Notes under the pieces: generated by a model
What the model saw: the letters and a program-made list of their open reading frames with translations, nothing else
The model's database searches: none
What the model was told of the DNA's origin: nothing
In this document: one piece after another, positions 49,948 to 58,589 of the stretch
Layout of the letters: every line of letters starts with the position of its first letter
Numbering within the stretch: the first letter of the stretch is position 1
Assembly (NCBI GenBank): GCA_965277285.1
Contig: OZ255721.1
Location: 2,400,001 to 2,464,000 of the forward strand
DNA from: Abditibacteriaceae bacterium
Lineage (GTDB): Bacteria > Armatimonadota > Abditibacteriia > Abditibacteriales > Abditibacteriaceae
Direction: 5' to 3'
Length of the DNA stretch: 64,000 bases
Translations under genes and position numbers: made by a program

Positions 49948-51258
49948 ATGTCTGAATCTCTTTCTCCATCACAGATGTCACCCGCTGTTGCCTCTGAAGC
50001 CGTTATTCCGGCGACCGTTCCGGCTGTCGCGCCTCGTGTTGCGGCGCCTGCGGTTTCTTCCAAGTCCAAAGCGCGGTTCTCGATGGGTTGGCCTGCCATC
50101 GCGGCGCTTGCGGTTTTGGGAATTGTCGCGGTCGCAGGCGGCGTGACTTACGGCCTGTATTCGTCGTGGAACGGCAGCGGTCAAATCGCGCGCGGCGTGC
50201 GCGTTCAAGGCGAAGATTTGAGCGGCTTGTCCAAAGCGGCGGCCACCGAAAAATTGCAAAAGAAATTTGGTTTCATGTCGCTTGATATTGAAACGCCGGA
50301 ACATAAATATCGCGTGCCGCTTCACTCTTTGGGTGGCAATCCGCAAATCGCCAAAGTCGTCGAAAACGCGTATTGGTATGGACGTTCGGGCAGTTTGCCG
50401 ACTAATATCATGCGCGTGCTTGTTGATCACGAAACCACATCGTTAACGTTGCCTGTAACGTGGGATAAATCGGCGATGCGCCACACGATGTATGTTCTGG
50501 CCAAGAAATATCATCAGCCCGGCCACGATGCACGCTTGAAATTTCAGGACGGTGCACTGCAAGTCGTCGGCGAAACGCAAGGCCGCGCGGTCAATGTCGG
50601 CGCCACGTTGAAGACGTTGCAAACGAAGTATTATCCCGGGCTTTCGCACATTGAGGCCGCGACGATGGCAACGCAACCGCGCGTTACAGCGGCGTCTCTG
50701 GCCGGAACCGATACGGAATTGGGCGAGTACAAAACGCGTTTCGACACCGATCAGGTCGGTCGGACGCGCAACGTTCATCTGGCGGCGGCGGCGATTGACG
50801 GCAGCGTCCTGATGCCGGGCGAAACGTTTTCGTTCAATGGCAGAACCGGCGAACGGACGTGGGAAAAAGGCTATCGCATGGCGCATATTTTCCAGCGTCA
50901 GCCGGGTGAAGAGAAAGCGCAGGTCGTTGAAGGTTTGGCGGGTGGAACGTGCCAGATTTCGAGTACTCTTTTCAACGCCGTGCGCAAAACTAACAAGACC
51001 AATGGCCGTGCGCTGAAAATCGTGCAACGCGAGCAACACTCTTTGCCAGTCACGTATGTTCCCGCAGGTCTGGATGCAACGGTCGCCTGGCCGGATCGTG
51101 ATTTCAAGTTCCGCAACAACTTCAAGTTTCCGGTTTACATCCGCACTGATGTCGAAGGCAGCCACGTCACGATCAGCCTCTGGGGACGCGTCCCCGCCGG
51201 AACAAACGTTAATTCGCCTACCAATTCAACTGACCAGACGAGCGACCAAAATTTGTAA
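49948..51258 (+). CDS. VanW family protein with N-terminal TM and PG-binding-like region
   Basis: PGETFSFN, GGTCQISSTLFNA, HSLPVTYVPAGLDATV, DFKFRN. Confidence 0.9.
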   Translation: MSESLSPSQMSPAVASEAVIPATVPAVAPRVAAPAVSSKSKARFSMGWPAIAALAVLGIVAVAGGVTYGLYSSWNGSGQIARGVRVQGEDLSGLSKAAATEKLQKKFGFMSLDIETPEHKYRVPLHSLGGNPQIAKVVENAYWYGRSGSLPTNIMRVLVDHETTSLTLPVTWDKSAMRHTMYVLAKKYHQPGHDARLKFQDGALQVVGETQGRAVNVGATLKTLQTKYYPGLSHIEAATMATQPRVTAASLAGTDTELGEYKTRFDTDQVGRTRNVHLAAAAIDGSVLMPGETFSFNGRTGERTWEKGYRMAHIFQRQPGEEKAQVVEGLAGGTCQISSTLFNAVRKTNKTNGRALKIVQREQHSLPVTYVPAGLDATVAWPDRDFKFRNNFKFPVYIRTDVEGSHVTISLWGRVPAGTNVNSPTNSTDQTSDQNL

Positions 51259-51276
51259 ATTCGCTTAACAGAAAAC

Positions 51277-51318
51277 AGCAACAGCGCGCAGAGTTCATTC
51301 TGCGCGCTGTTGCTTTTT
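51277..51318 (+). terminator. Intrinsic terminator
   Basis: AGCAACAGCGCGCAGA-gttcat-TCTGCGCGCTGTTGCT-TTTT after the VanW gene. Confidence 0.85.
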
Positions 51319-51393
51319 GTCCTATGAAAATGTCATGGTTGCGGCTTGAAGCATTTGGATGAAACGCTTTCGAGTACTCGATAAGAGAGAACA

Positions 51394-51491
51394 GGAGGCT
51401 GCGCCTGCACGGGTTGGATAGATAGACACGGATCGAATCGAACTAAGCCAAATCCGTGTTCACCCGTTCAATCCGTGCAGGCGTAGCCTCC
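51394..51491. repeat. Imperfect long palindrome with inner ACACGGAT/ATCCGTGT pair
   Basis: GGAGGCTGCGCCTGCACGG...CCGTGCAGGCGTAGCCTCC. Confidence 0.7.
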
Positions 51492-51512
51492 GTGTTCCCT
51501 TTTTCAAAGCCC

Positions 51513-51848
51513 TCAAGAACCTTTTTCATCAACCGTATCTTCGGCTTTTTCCGCTTTTTCGCCCGCTTCCACGATGTCGCCGTCGGTGAACAGAATGTTC
51601 TTCAAGGCGATGCGCCATTTGGGTTTCTGACGCAACAAAAACTCCAAATCCATGCCGAAATGCTTGAACTCTTCCTGCTGCGCATTCTGCATAATCGCTT
51701 TGGCGTCTTTGTCCTGCTCGACTGAAATGCGCTGTTCGTACCAGTTGATGGCTTCAGCTTCTTCGGTCAGCGACACGATCATGCGCGCGAAAGTGCGCGT
51801 CGCCTGCGATAGTTCGTCCGCCGGTTCGTGATATTGGTCAAATCCCAT
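51513..51848 (-). CDS. Encapsulin-associated ferritin-like protein (EncFtn/Flp family)
   Basis: YHEPADELS...SLTEEAEAINWYEQR...EEFKHFGM.LE...ILFT; GGAG RBS. Confidence 0.85.
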   Translation of the reverse strand: MGFDQYHEPADELSQATRTFARMIVSLTEEAEAINWYEQRISVEQDKDAKAIMQNAQQEEFKHFGMDLEFLLRQKPKWRIALKNILFTDGDIVEAGEKAEKAEDTVDEKGS

Positions 51849-51917
51849 AAATCTCCTTGAGGTTGTTCGTGTTCTCCAACGTCGAATAATTGAACATTGA
51901 GTACTCGAAAGTGCGTT

Positions 51918-53144
51918 TTACCCGCCGACGTGCGCGCCCAGATGTCCCAATCCCAGTCCGATGACGTAAGTGACAATGCCTTCCACCGCGCCAACGAGCG
52001 TCATTTCCAGGCCGCTGCTCCACCACGAACGAACCGTGATCATGGTCTTGGCGGCGCCAACCGCAAAGTGCGCCAGCAGTGAAATCGCTGCCGCTGCGAT
52101 GACAGCCGGATAACCCGACATGAAAAAGAACGGAATCAGCGGAATGATGCCGCCAATGCCAGTCGAAACTGCGCCCGAGAAAGCCGACACTAAAGGTTTG
52201 CTGAGCGCGTCTTCCGTCAGGTTGAGGTCTTCCGCCGCGAGAGTGCGTAGAAATTGCTCGGGGTCGCGCGACAAGTGTTCGGCCAGTTTGCTGGCGTCTT
52301 CTTCGGGCACACCTTTGACTTGATAGATCAGCGTCAGTTCTTCGCGCGCTTCGTCCGGGTTTTTCTCCAACTCTTGCCGCTTGCGATGCAGTTCAGCTTC
52401 GTAAATTTCGCGCTCGCTTTTCGACGCCAAATAAGCGCCCGAACCCATCGAAAGCGCGCTCGCCACGGTTCCCGCCAAGCCCGCCAGCAAGACAAAATGA
52501 CTGTCGCCCAAAGTCGCGCCCGAGACGCCCGACACAATGCCGAAAATCGCGCCCAACCCATCGTTCACACCATAAATCGCGTCGCCGATCCAACTGGCGG
52601 GCGCACGATGACCACGTTTTTGGCGCAAGGCATCCAGCGCGGCTTGCGGGTCGCGCGCTTTCTTGCCGATTAAGCCCGGAGAGCGCGTCGCGGCGGGATT
52701 TACCAGGCTTTTCAAAGTCTTGGAATGGCGCTGTTCTTCCAAAATCAGGTCGCGCAAAATCTCGATGCTGGGTTCGTCGCCCAGTTCTTTGATCTGGCGA
52801 CCATAGCGCGCGATGTCCTGGCGTTCTTCGAGTTCGATGCGCCGCAAAGCCGCATCTGCGCCGCCGACGCGATTGGCGAACGAATCGGCGCGGCCTGTCG
52901 CGGCGCCTTTATAAACCGGTTCGGGCGCGCCCAGTTCTTGAAGACGTTGCGCCCAGCGCCTGGCATGCGCGGTTTCCGATTCGGCCATTTCCAGCAAAAC
53001 GGCGCGGCGCAATGCGTCGTTTTCACTTTCGGCCAGCGCGCGGTAGGTCGCGGCGCCTTCGGTTTCTTCGTACCAGTTGCCTTCGAGAGCTTTTATTAAG
53101 CGCGCTTTCTGTCCTTCTGTGGGAGAAATTTGCGTTGTCGTCAT
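51918..53144 (-). CDS. Ferritin/rubrerythrin-like domain fused to VIT1/CCC1 transporter (MbfA-like)
   Basis: N-terminal ETAH and EQRH iron-ligand motifs; DAIYGVNDGL, ALSMGSGAYLASKSE. Confidence 0.88.
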   Translation of the reverse strand: MTTTQISPTEGQKARLIKALEGNWYEETEGAATYRALAESENDALRRAVLLEMAESETAHARRWAQRLQELGAPEPVYKGAATGRADSFANRVGGADAALRRIELEERQDIARYGRQIKELGDEPSIEILRDLILEEQRHSKTLKSLVNPAATRSPGLIGKKARDPQAALDALRQKRGHRAPASWIGDAIYGVNDGLGAIFGIVSGVSGATLGDSHFVLLAGLAGTVASALSMGSGAYLASKSEREIYEAELHRKRQELEKNPDEAREELTLIYQVKGVPEEDASKLAEHLSRDPEQFLRTLAAEDLNLTEDALSKPLVSAFSGAVSTGIGGIIPLIPFFFMSGYPAVIAAAAISLLAHFAVGAAKTMITVRSWWSSGLEMTLVGAVEGIVTYVIGLGLGHLGAHVGG

Positions 53145-53278
53145 AGTGTCAGAAAACCTTCGAGTGATTCAAAATGCGTCGCTCAAGACTTGCCTGGCGC
53201 GAAGCCGTTCCGCCGCAATCGAGTACTCGATCCGCTTCGCACATAAAATAAAAATCCAAGCGACAACACTCAGGCTTT

Positions 53279-54118
53279 TCATTTTAATTTTTGTCGGCGA
53301 TATAATTCACCTTTGGCGGCGGCGCGGATTTTTGCTGCATATTTCGATTTTTTGAATTGCGCCAGTTTTTGCAAGAGCAGCGGAGAAGAATCTTCGTGCT
53401 GTGCGAGATGCAAAAGATAGTCGGCATATTCCGCGTTGTAAAGTTTTTCCAGTGACTTAATGTCAACGTCGGAAGCCTCGGCTTCCTGCAACTGAACATA
53501 GAACTCGTGAAACACTTTCTGGCTTTCTCGTTGGCTATTACGATAATCTATGATTGCCTGTCGCCTGGGATGTTGCTCCACCACTTTGTAGAACGCGTCT
53601 TCTTTCTCTACACAAGACGCAAACCAGCCAGTGACTATTTCCAAGCAGTAAGAATCGTCGGCGTCGTACTTGACGATTTCAACTAAAATCTCTTCCCAAT
53701 CGCGCAAGCTCCAATCGTCTTTTTCGTAGCGCGCTTTTGCCATTGTCAGTAACGGATCTGGGTCGCCAGTTTTCCTCACCAAACGCCATAAAATCTCATC
53801 ATGCTGCCTGGAATTCGCCAACATAGCGACGACTTTTCTGTCTATAAAATCGTGTGCGATATTCAATGGCAAAGGTTGACTTAAATACCAAACGACACCA
53901 TTCCAGATCGCGTCTTCGCAACTCAAATCGCGCAATTTTTCGTGCAATTGAAGCAACAAACTTTCGTCGATGGGACTTTTCATCACACGCTTCGCGTTCA
54001 AATGCGGCGAGCCAAGTTCTTCATCGGCATCTTCTTCAAATTTGTATTTCTCACACAATTCTTCGTTTGAACACAAAAGCAGCTTTTCGATCCAACTTTG
54101 CAACGAAATATTATCCAT
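53279..54118 (-). CDS. Hypothetical acidic, helical protein, more AT-rich than its flanks
   Basis: 279-aa ORF; no family recognised. Confidence 0.65.
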   Translation of the reverse strand: MDNISLQSWIEKLLLCSNEELCEKYKFEEDADEELGSPHLNAKRVMKSPIDESLLLQLHEKLRDLSCEDAIWNGVVWYLSQPLPLNIAHDFIDRKVVAMLANSRQHDEILWRLVRKTGDPDPLLTMAKARYEKDDWSLRDWEEILVEIVKYDADDSYCLEIVTGWFASCVEKEDAFYKVVEQHPRRQAIIDYRNSQRESQKVFHEFYVQLQEAEASDVDIKSLEKLYNAEYADYLLHLAQHEDSSPLLLQKLAQFKKSKYAAKIRAAAKGELYRRQKLK

Positions 54119-54132
54119 ATCGAGTACGCGAT

Positions 54133-55245
54133 TTACGCCACAACCGCCTGCGCTTTGTTCTTCCGATTCTTCGCGTTGTCGCGCACGCGGCGAATAATCG
54201 CTTCGTCGACGGCTTTCTCGAAGGAGCGGAAACCGGCCAGTTTGAAGCCGTGTTTTTGCGCGATTTGCCCGATGCGCTGCACTTGCTCGACCGTTAAATC
54301 GCGGCCCAAGGTGAACGGTTCATAAGTGCCTTCGAGCGCCATCAGCATGGTTTCGCTCATGCAGGCATAGGCGGTTTTATCGGGAAAGCCAAAATTAAAG
54401 TTGAAATTGACTGGCCCGGGAACGCTGATGACGCCGCCTTCGATAACCAGCACATCGTCGCGCTCTTCGACGACTTGTTTGGAGACATCGCGTGGTCGCG
54501 CCACATCGCAAATGACGGCGCCGGTTTTCAAATCTTCGGGGTAAATCAAAGCATCGGTCGCAGCCGAAACCGCCAAGATTAAATCGGCTTCTTTCAAGGC
54601 GTTGTTGATATCATCAGTCGCCCACACGCCACTTCGAGTACTCGATCTCGCCAGAATATCGGTCTTCAACTTCGCCAACTTGTCCAAGTCGCGCCCGACC
54701 AAAACCACATCTTCCACCAGTTCAGCCATCATTTTGGCGCAAACCGCGCCGGTCGAACCGCTGGCGCCGATAATAGCGCAACGACTTTGCGCGACATCAA
54801 TGTCCATCAGTTCTGCCGCGCGCAACAAACCTTCGACCGCCGTATAAACCGTATAAGAATTGCCGCTCGTGACATTGATAACGCCGCGCAACTTTTCCGC
54901 GACCGTGATTCCCGCATCGCCGACAACGCTGGTGAAAGCGCCCAAGCCGACGATTTTCGCGCCCTGCTCGGCGCCGACGCGTCCGGCCTGCGCGATTTTT
55001 TCGTAAACAAATTCGGTTGGCAACTCGAGGAACTGGCGCGGCGACAACGGCAATTGAATCAGCCAGCCTTCGGCTTCGGCGCTCGTCAGCGAGCGCACGC
55101 CCGTCACATGAGACGCGACTTTGGGCGACATCTTGAGCATCAGTTTTTCAATGGCGGCTTCGGGCGCGTATTTCAAAACCGGATATTTGCGCGCCGCATC
55201 GCGCTTCACGTCAATCGGATGAATGATGAAAGAGAACTTTTCCAT
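54133..55245 (-). CDS. COG5322 / acyl-ACP reductase-like Rossmann-fold oxidoreductase
   Basis: FSFIIHP, GLGAFTSVVGD, TSGNSYT, GASGSTG, DVARPRD, YACMSET; ATG at 55245. Confidence 0.8.
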   Translation of the reverse strand: MEKFSFIIHPIDVKRDAARKYPVLKYAPEAAIEKLMLKMSPKVASHVTGVRSLTSAEAEGWLIQLPLSPRQFLELPTEFVYEKIAQAGRVGAEQGAKIVGLGAFTSVVGDAGITVAEKLRGVINVTSGNSYTVYTAVEGLLRAAELMDIDVAQSRCAIIGASGSTGAVCAKMMAELVEDVVLVGRDLDKLAKLKTDILARSSTRSGVWATDDINNALKEADLILAVSAATDALIYPEDLKTGAVICDVARPRDVSKQVVEERDDVLVIEGGVISVPGPVNFNFNFGFPDKTAYACMSETMLMALEGTYEPFTLGRDLTVEQVQRIGQIAQKHGFKLAGFRSFEKAVDEAIIRRVRDNAKNRKNKAQAVVA

Positions 55246-55252
55246 GATTTTG

Positions 55253-55398
55253 AACCACAGAGACACAAAGAACACAGAGGAAAATAAGAGTTACGTCATT
55301 TTGAGTGCCGCGAAGAATCTCACTGCACATAAATTCTTCGCGGCGCTCAAAATGACGTAACTCTTATTTTCCTCTGTGTTCTTTGTGTCTCTGTGGTT
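55253..55398. repeat. 146-bp near-perfect palindrome (68-bp arms, 2 mismatches, 10-nt loop)
   Basis: AACCACAGAGACACAAAGAACACAGAG...GTCATTTTGAGTGCCGCGAAGAATCT-cactgcacat-inverse copy. Confidence 0.95.
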
Positions 55399-55403
55399 AA
55401 TTC

Positions 55404-56372
55404 TTAAAATTGCACGATGCGAGGTTGCCAGCCCAATTGTTTCAGCAGTTTCGAGTACTCGATAGAGGTTTTGGCGCCCAACGCGGCTAAAACGCCTTCC
55501 ATGACGTTGGTGCCGAAACTGCGTCCCCCAAATTCGGGCGTCGTCGTAATCAAGGTTTTGGCGCCGCGTTCGCGCAACAATTCGATGTCGCTCGAGGTGA
55601 CCGTGTTGGTCAAAATCGTTTTGCCGTCAATGCGGTCAGGCAAATAGCGGCGAATCAGCAGGAAGTCGCCCGCGATAATGTCGGCGGCATCGTAGAACTT
55701 TTGATAAGCGGGCGTGCACTTGATTTCTTTCTGTTTTTCGCCGGTCGGATAAAGCCAATTAAAGGGCAAGCGCGTTGCAATCGGCAAAATCAGGCGTCCC
55801 ATCATGTTCAAGGTGCTCAGTTTGCGGATGCCAATCGGCACGCCCAAGTTGAATTGCAAATCGCCGAAAGTGACAGCCGCGCCGCTTTCCACTAACTGCT
55901 CGGCCATGCCGAAACGATCCACAGCGGAAACCAGCAAAACTTTGGCGCCTTTGAAATCGACAATGCCTTCGCGTTGCAGGCGACGAATCGTTTCGCGCTC
56001 CAATGTGTCTTTCAAGCCGCTGCCATCGACGACCGGCGTGGTTTTCGCCATGCTCGCCATTTTCGCGGCGTCCGGCAATACGTAGCGGCGCTTGCCGACC
56101 ACAACATATAAATCAATTCCGCCCAGGCTAATCGCCGCGACATGTCCGTCCAGTTCTTGAATCGCCTGGCACGCTTTGGCGACATCGCCGTCGGTTCCGC
56201 GCCGTTCGATGGTGAACGAGCGACCCAAAAGTTCGGCGTGCGCCGTGTGGTCGCGCGACGACGAACCCAGCGAAACCGAAACCACGCGCAAAGGCGTATC
56301 GGAAGTCGGTTCGGTAGCAGATCGAGTACTCGAAAGCGCATTGGAAGTTGCAGCGGCGGTTGTATCAGACAT
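55404..56372 (-). CDS. Conserved protein of the family usually auto-annotated 'quinate 5-dehydrogenase'; function unproven
   Basis: VVSVSLGSSSRDH, ERRGTDGD, VVDGSGLKDTLE, AVDRFGMA, GRSFGTNVMEG. Confidence 0.75.
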   Translation of the reverse strand: MSDTTAAATSNALSSTRSATEPTSDTPLRVVSVSLGSSSRDHTAHAELLGRSFTIERRGTDGDVAKACQAIQELDGHVAAISLGGIDLYVVVGKRRYVLPDAAKMASMAKTTPVVDGSGLKDTLERETIRRLQREGIVDFKGAKVLLVSAVDRFGMAEQLVESGAAVTFGDLQFNLGVPIGIRKLSTLNMMGRLILPIATRLPFNWLYPTGEKQKEIKCTPAYQKFYDAADIIAGDFLLIRRYLPDRIDGKTILTNTVTSSDIELLRERGAKTLITTTPEFGGRSFGTNVMEGVLAALGAKTSIEYSKLLKQLGWQPRIVQF

Positions 56373-56621
56373 AGGCGAAATTATAGCACGTCAATTTAAT
56401 AAGCCGTTACCAATATCGATTTTGCTTTGTGTCGTGACGACGGACAATACCGTGCGTTGATAGAACAGAATCACGCCGAGGTTTGTTAAGATTGAGCTAT
56501 CTTCCACCTTTATCCTCGGGTTATCAGACTGTCTTCTGACAGGTTACAACCAGACAGCTCAAATGCGCATGAACTCGCTTTCTTCAACGTCTGACACGAT
56601 GCGTTTCATTGGGGAGACTCG

Positions 56622-58334
56622 GTGAATCTGAGTCTGAAAAGAACGTCCAAAGTTGATGCAACGACAGCCTCAAAGACCACCAAATCTTTGAGCGCTGCGT
56701 CGTCGCGCGCGCCAGAAGCGGCGTCTTTCGCCACGTCTTCCCTTGGCAGCGAGCCGCCGGATGCCGAAATCGTGGTCGCGGTTTTTCGCACCATTGTTTT
56801 GGTGGCGGCGTTGGTTGTGCCGCGATTGGTCAACGGTTTGGTGCCGATTGCGACGCCTTTGATCTGGCTGGCGGCAGTGGCGGGCGCTTACAACTTGCTG
56901 GTCGTCGGCGCTTATTTTTGGCGAGGTCGAAACAGTTTGCGGCGCCCTTTCATCATCGCGATGGATTTGATGTTGATCACGCTGTGGATTCGCCTGACTT
57001 CGTCGTGGGGTTTGTTCCCGCTTTATTATGTCGTCGTCGTCGTGGCCGCGATGTGGTATCGCATCTGGGGCGGCCTTCTAACGGCGTTTTGCTGCAACGC
57101 TTTGTATTTGATGATGCTGATTCGCAGCATCGTCGCTTATTCACAGGGCACTTCGCCCAACAACACAGCGGTCGGCCTGCGCGAAACATTTTATTTGCTG
57201 GCGAACCTACCATTTCTGGGAACTGGCTTCGCGCTCAACGTCGCGCTGTTGTTCCTCATCGGCAGCCTGGTTGGTTCGCTGGCTGTGGCGCAGGAACGCG
57301 AACGCAGGCGGCGCCTGGAAGAACAATTGTTGCTGGCCAACTATCAGCGCGAAATTGATCTTTCGACGCAAATGCAACCGCTTTTAGTAGCGCACGAATG
57401 GTTCTTGCAGCAGGACGAAACAACTGCTACAACGCTTGAAGATTCGCCCGCAGTTCCCTTGTCGGAAGAAGCGCGCAGTCTTCAAAGTGCGCTTTCGAGT
57501 ACTCGAAGTCCGTTGCAGGCGCCCGAAATTCTGCCGCAAACGCGCGCGACAATGGCGGACAAGGCGCGCGTCAAGCTGGGCGCGACGATGCAAACGGCAC
57601 GCGAATTCGGCGGCGGCGATTACTTCGATTTCATTCCGCTCGACAACGGTCGCAGCGCCTTGTGCATCGCCGATGTGTCGGGCAAAAGCGTGCGCGCTCA
57701 GGCGCGTTTGCCGCTCTTGAAATATGCGTTGCGCGCCCTTGCGCCATTGTATTCCGAGCCGGACGCTTTAATGAATCGCTTGAACGAAACGCTCGCGCCC
57801 GACTTGCAAAACGACTTGTTCATCGGCTTGTGCTACATCGTGCTCGATCCGCGCATCAACAAATTGCATTGGTGCAACGCCGGTCACATCGCGCCGTTGT
57901 TGCTGCCTTCGCGGGTTTTCGATGAGAAGAATCGCGCCGTTCCCGAACTGGTCGCGCTGGAAACGCTGGGGCCTGCGCTGGGGCTTTTCCCTGAAACGCA
58001 CTACGAAGCGAAAACCGCGATCTGGCGACCGGGCGACCGAATTTTGATGTTTACCGACGGGCTTTCCGACGCGCTTTCGTATCACGGACGCGAAGACGGC
58101 GAAGAACAAGTGCGCCACGTCGCACTTGAATTGGAACAAGACGCGTGGCGCGAACCGCAAAATATCGCGCAGCATTTTCTGGATTTGGCCAGAGAAGCGT
58201 TGGACGATGGCAATTCTCTATTTTCGCGCTTGTCGCCATTTCATCGTCACAATGAACCCATCGTTGGCAAAAGCGAACGCCGCGACGACATCACAATCGT
58301 CGTCGCACGCCGCCCCGTACCAGACGAAAAATGA
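56622..58334 (+). CDS. Membrane-bound PP2C/SpoIIE-type phosphatase
   Basis: Multiple TM helices; GGDYFDF, IADVSGK, NAGH, FTDGLSD, DDITI. Confidence 0.9.
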   Translation: MNLSLKRTSKVDATTASKTTKSLSAASSRAPEAASFATSSLGSEPPDAEIVVAVFRTIVLVAALVVPRLVNGLVPIATPLIWLAAVAGAYNLLVVGAYFWRGRNSLRRPFIIAMDLMLITLWIRLTSSWGLFPLYYVVVVVAAMWYRIWGGLLTAFCCNALYLMMLIRSIVAYSQGTSPNNTAVGLRETFYLLANLPFLGTGFALNVALLFLIGSLVGSLAVAQERERRRRLEEQLLLANYQREIDLSTQMQPLLVAHEWFLQQDETTATTLEDSPAVPLSEEARSLQSALSSTRSPLQAPEILPQTRATMADKARVKLGATMQTAREFGGGDYFDFIPLDNGRSALCIADVSGKSVRAQARLPLLKYALRALAPLYSEPDALMNRLNETLAPDLQNDLFIGLCYIVLDPRINKLHWCNAGHIAPLLLPSRVFDEKNRAVPELVALETLGPALGLFPETHYEAKTAIWRPGDRILMFTDGLSDALSYHGREDGEEQVRHVALELEQDAWREPQNIAQHFLDLAREALDDGNSLFSRLSPFHRHNEPIVGKSERRDDITIVVARRPVPDEK

Positions 58335-58512
58335 TTCACCGCAGAGAGCGCAGAGAAAAACAAGGAATGAGTACTCGAAAGTAAAACTTTGTCATTCTGA
58401 GCGCAGCGAAGAATCTAACTGCAACCAGATTCTTCGCTGCGCTCAGAATGACAAAGTTTACAACCACTCTCTTTTTTGTCTGCGTTCTCCGCGCTCTGCG
58501 GTGAATCATTTT
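58328..58512. repeat. Nested composite repeat (outer CACCGCAGAG arms, inner perfect 33-bp GTCATTCTGAG hairpin)
   Basis: Inner arms 58384-58416 and 58427-58459; outer arms 58328-58346 and 58494-58512. Confidence 0.9.
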
Positions 58513-58589
58513 GAAGAGCGCAACCACACACATTCTCAAACGTCGGGTTCGGGTCTTCTTCCATTCACCTCATTTTTCACGGAGTTCCC

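Noticed and set aside
55246..55275. N-terminal extension MFFVSLWFKI of the 54133 ORF
   Set aside because: It comes from the palindrome arm; the family-like sequence starts at ATG 55245.
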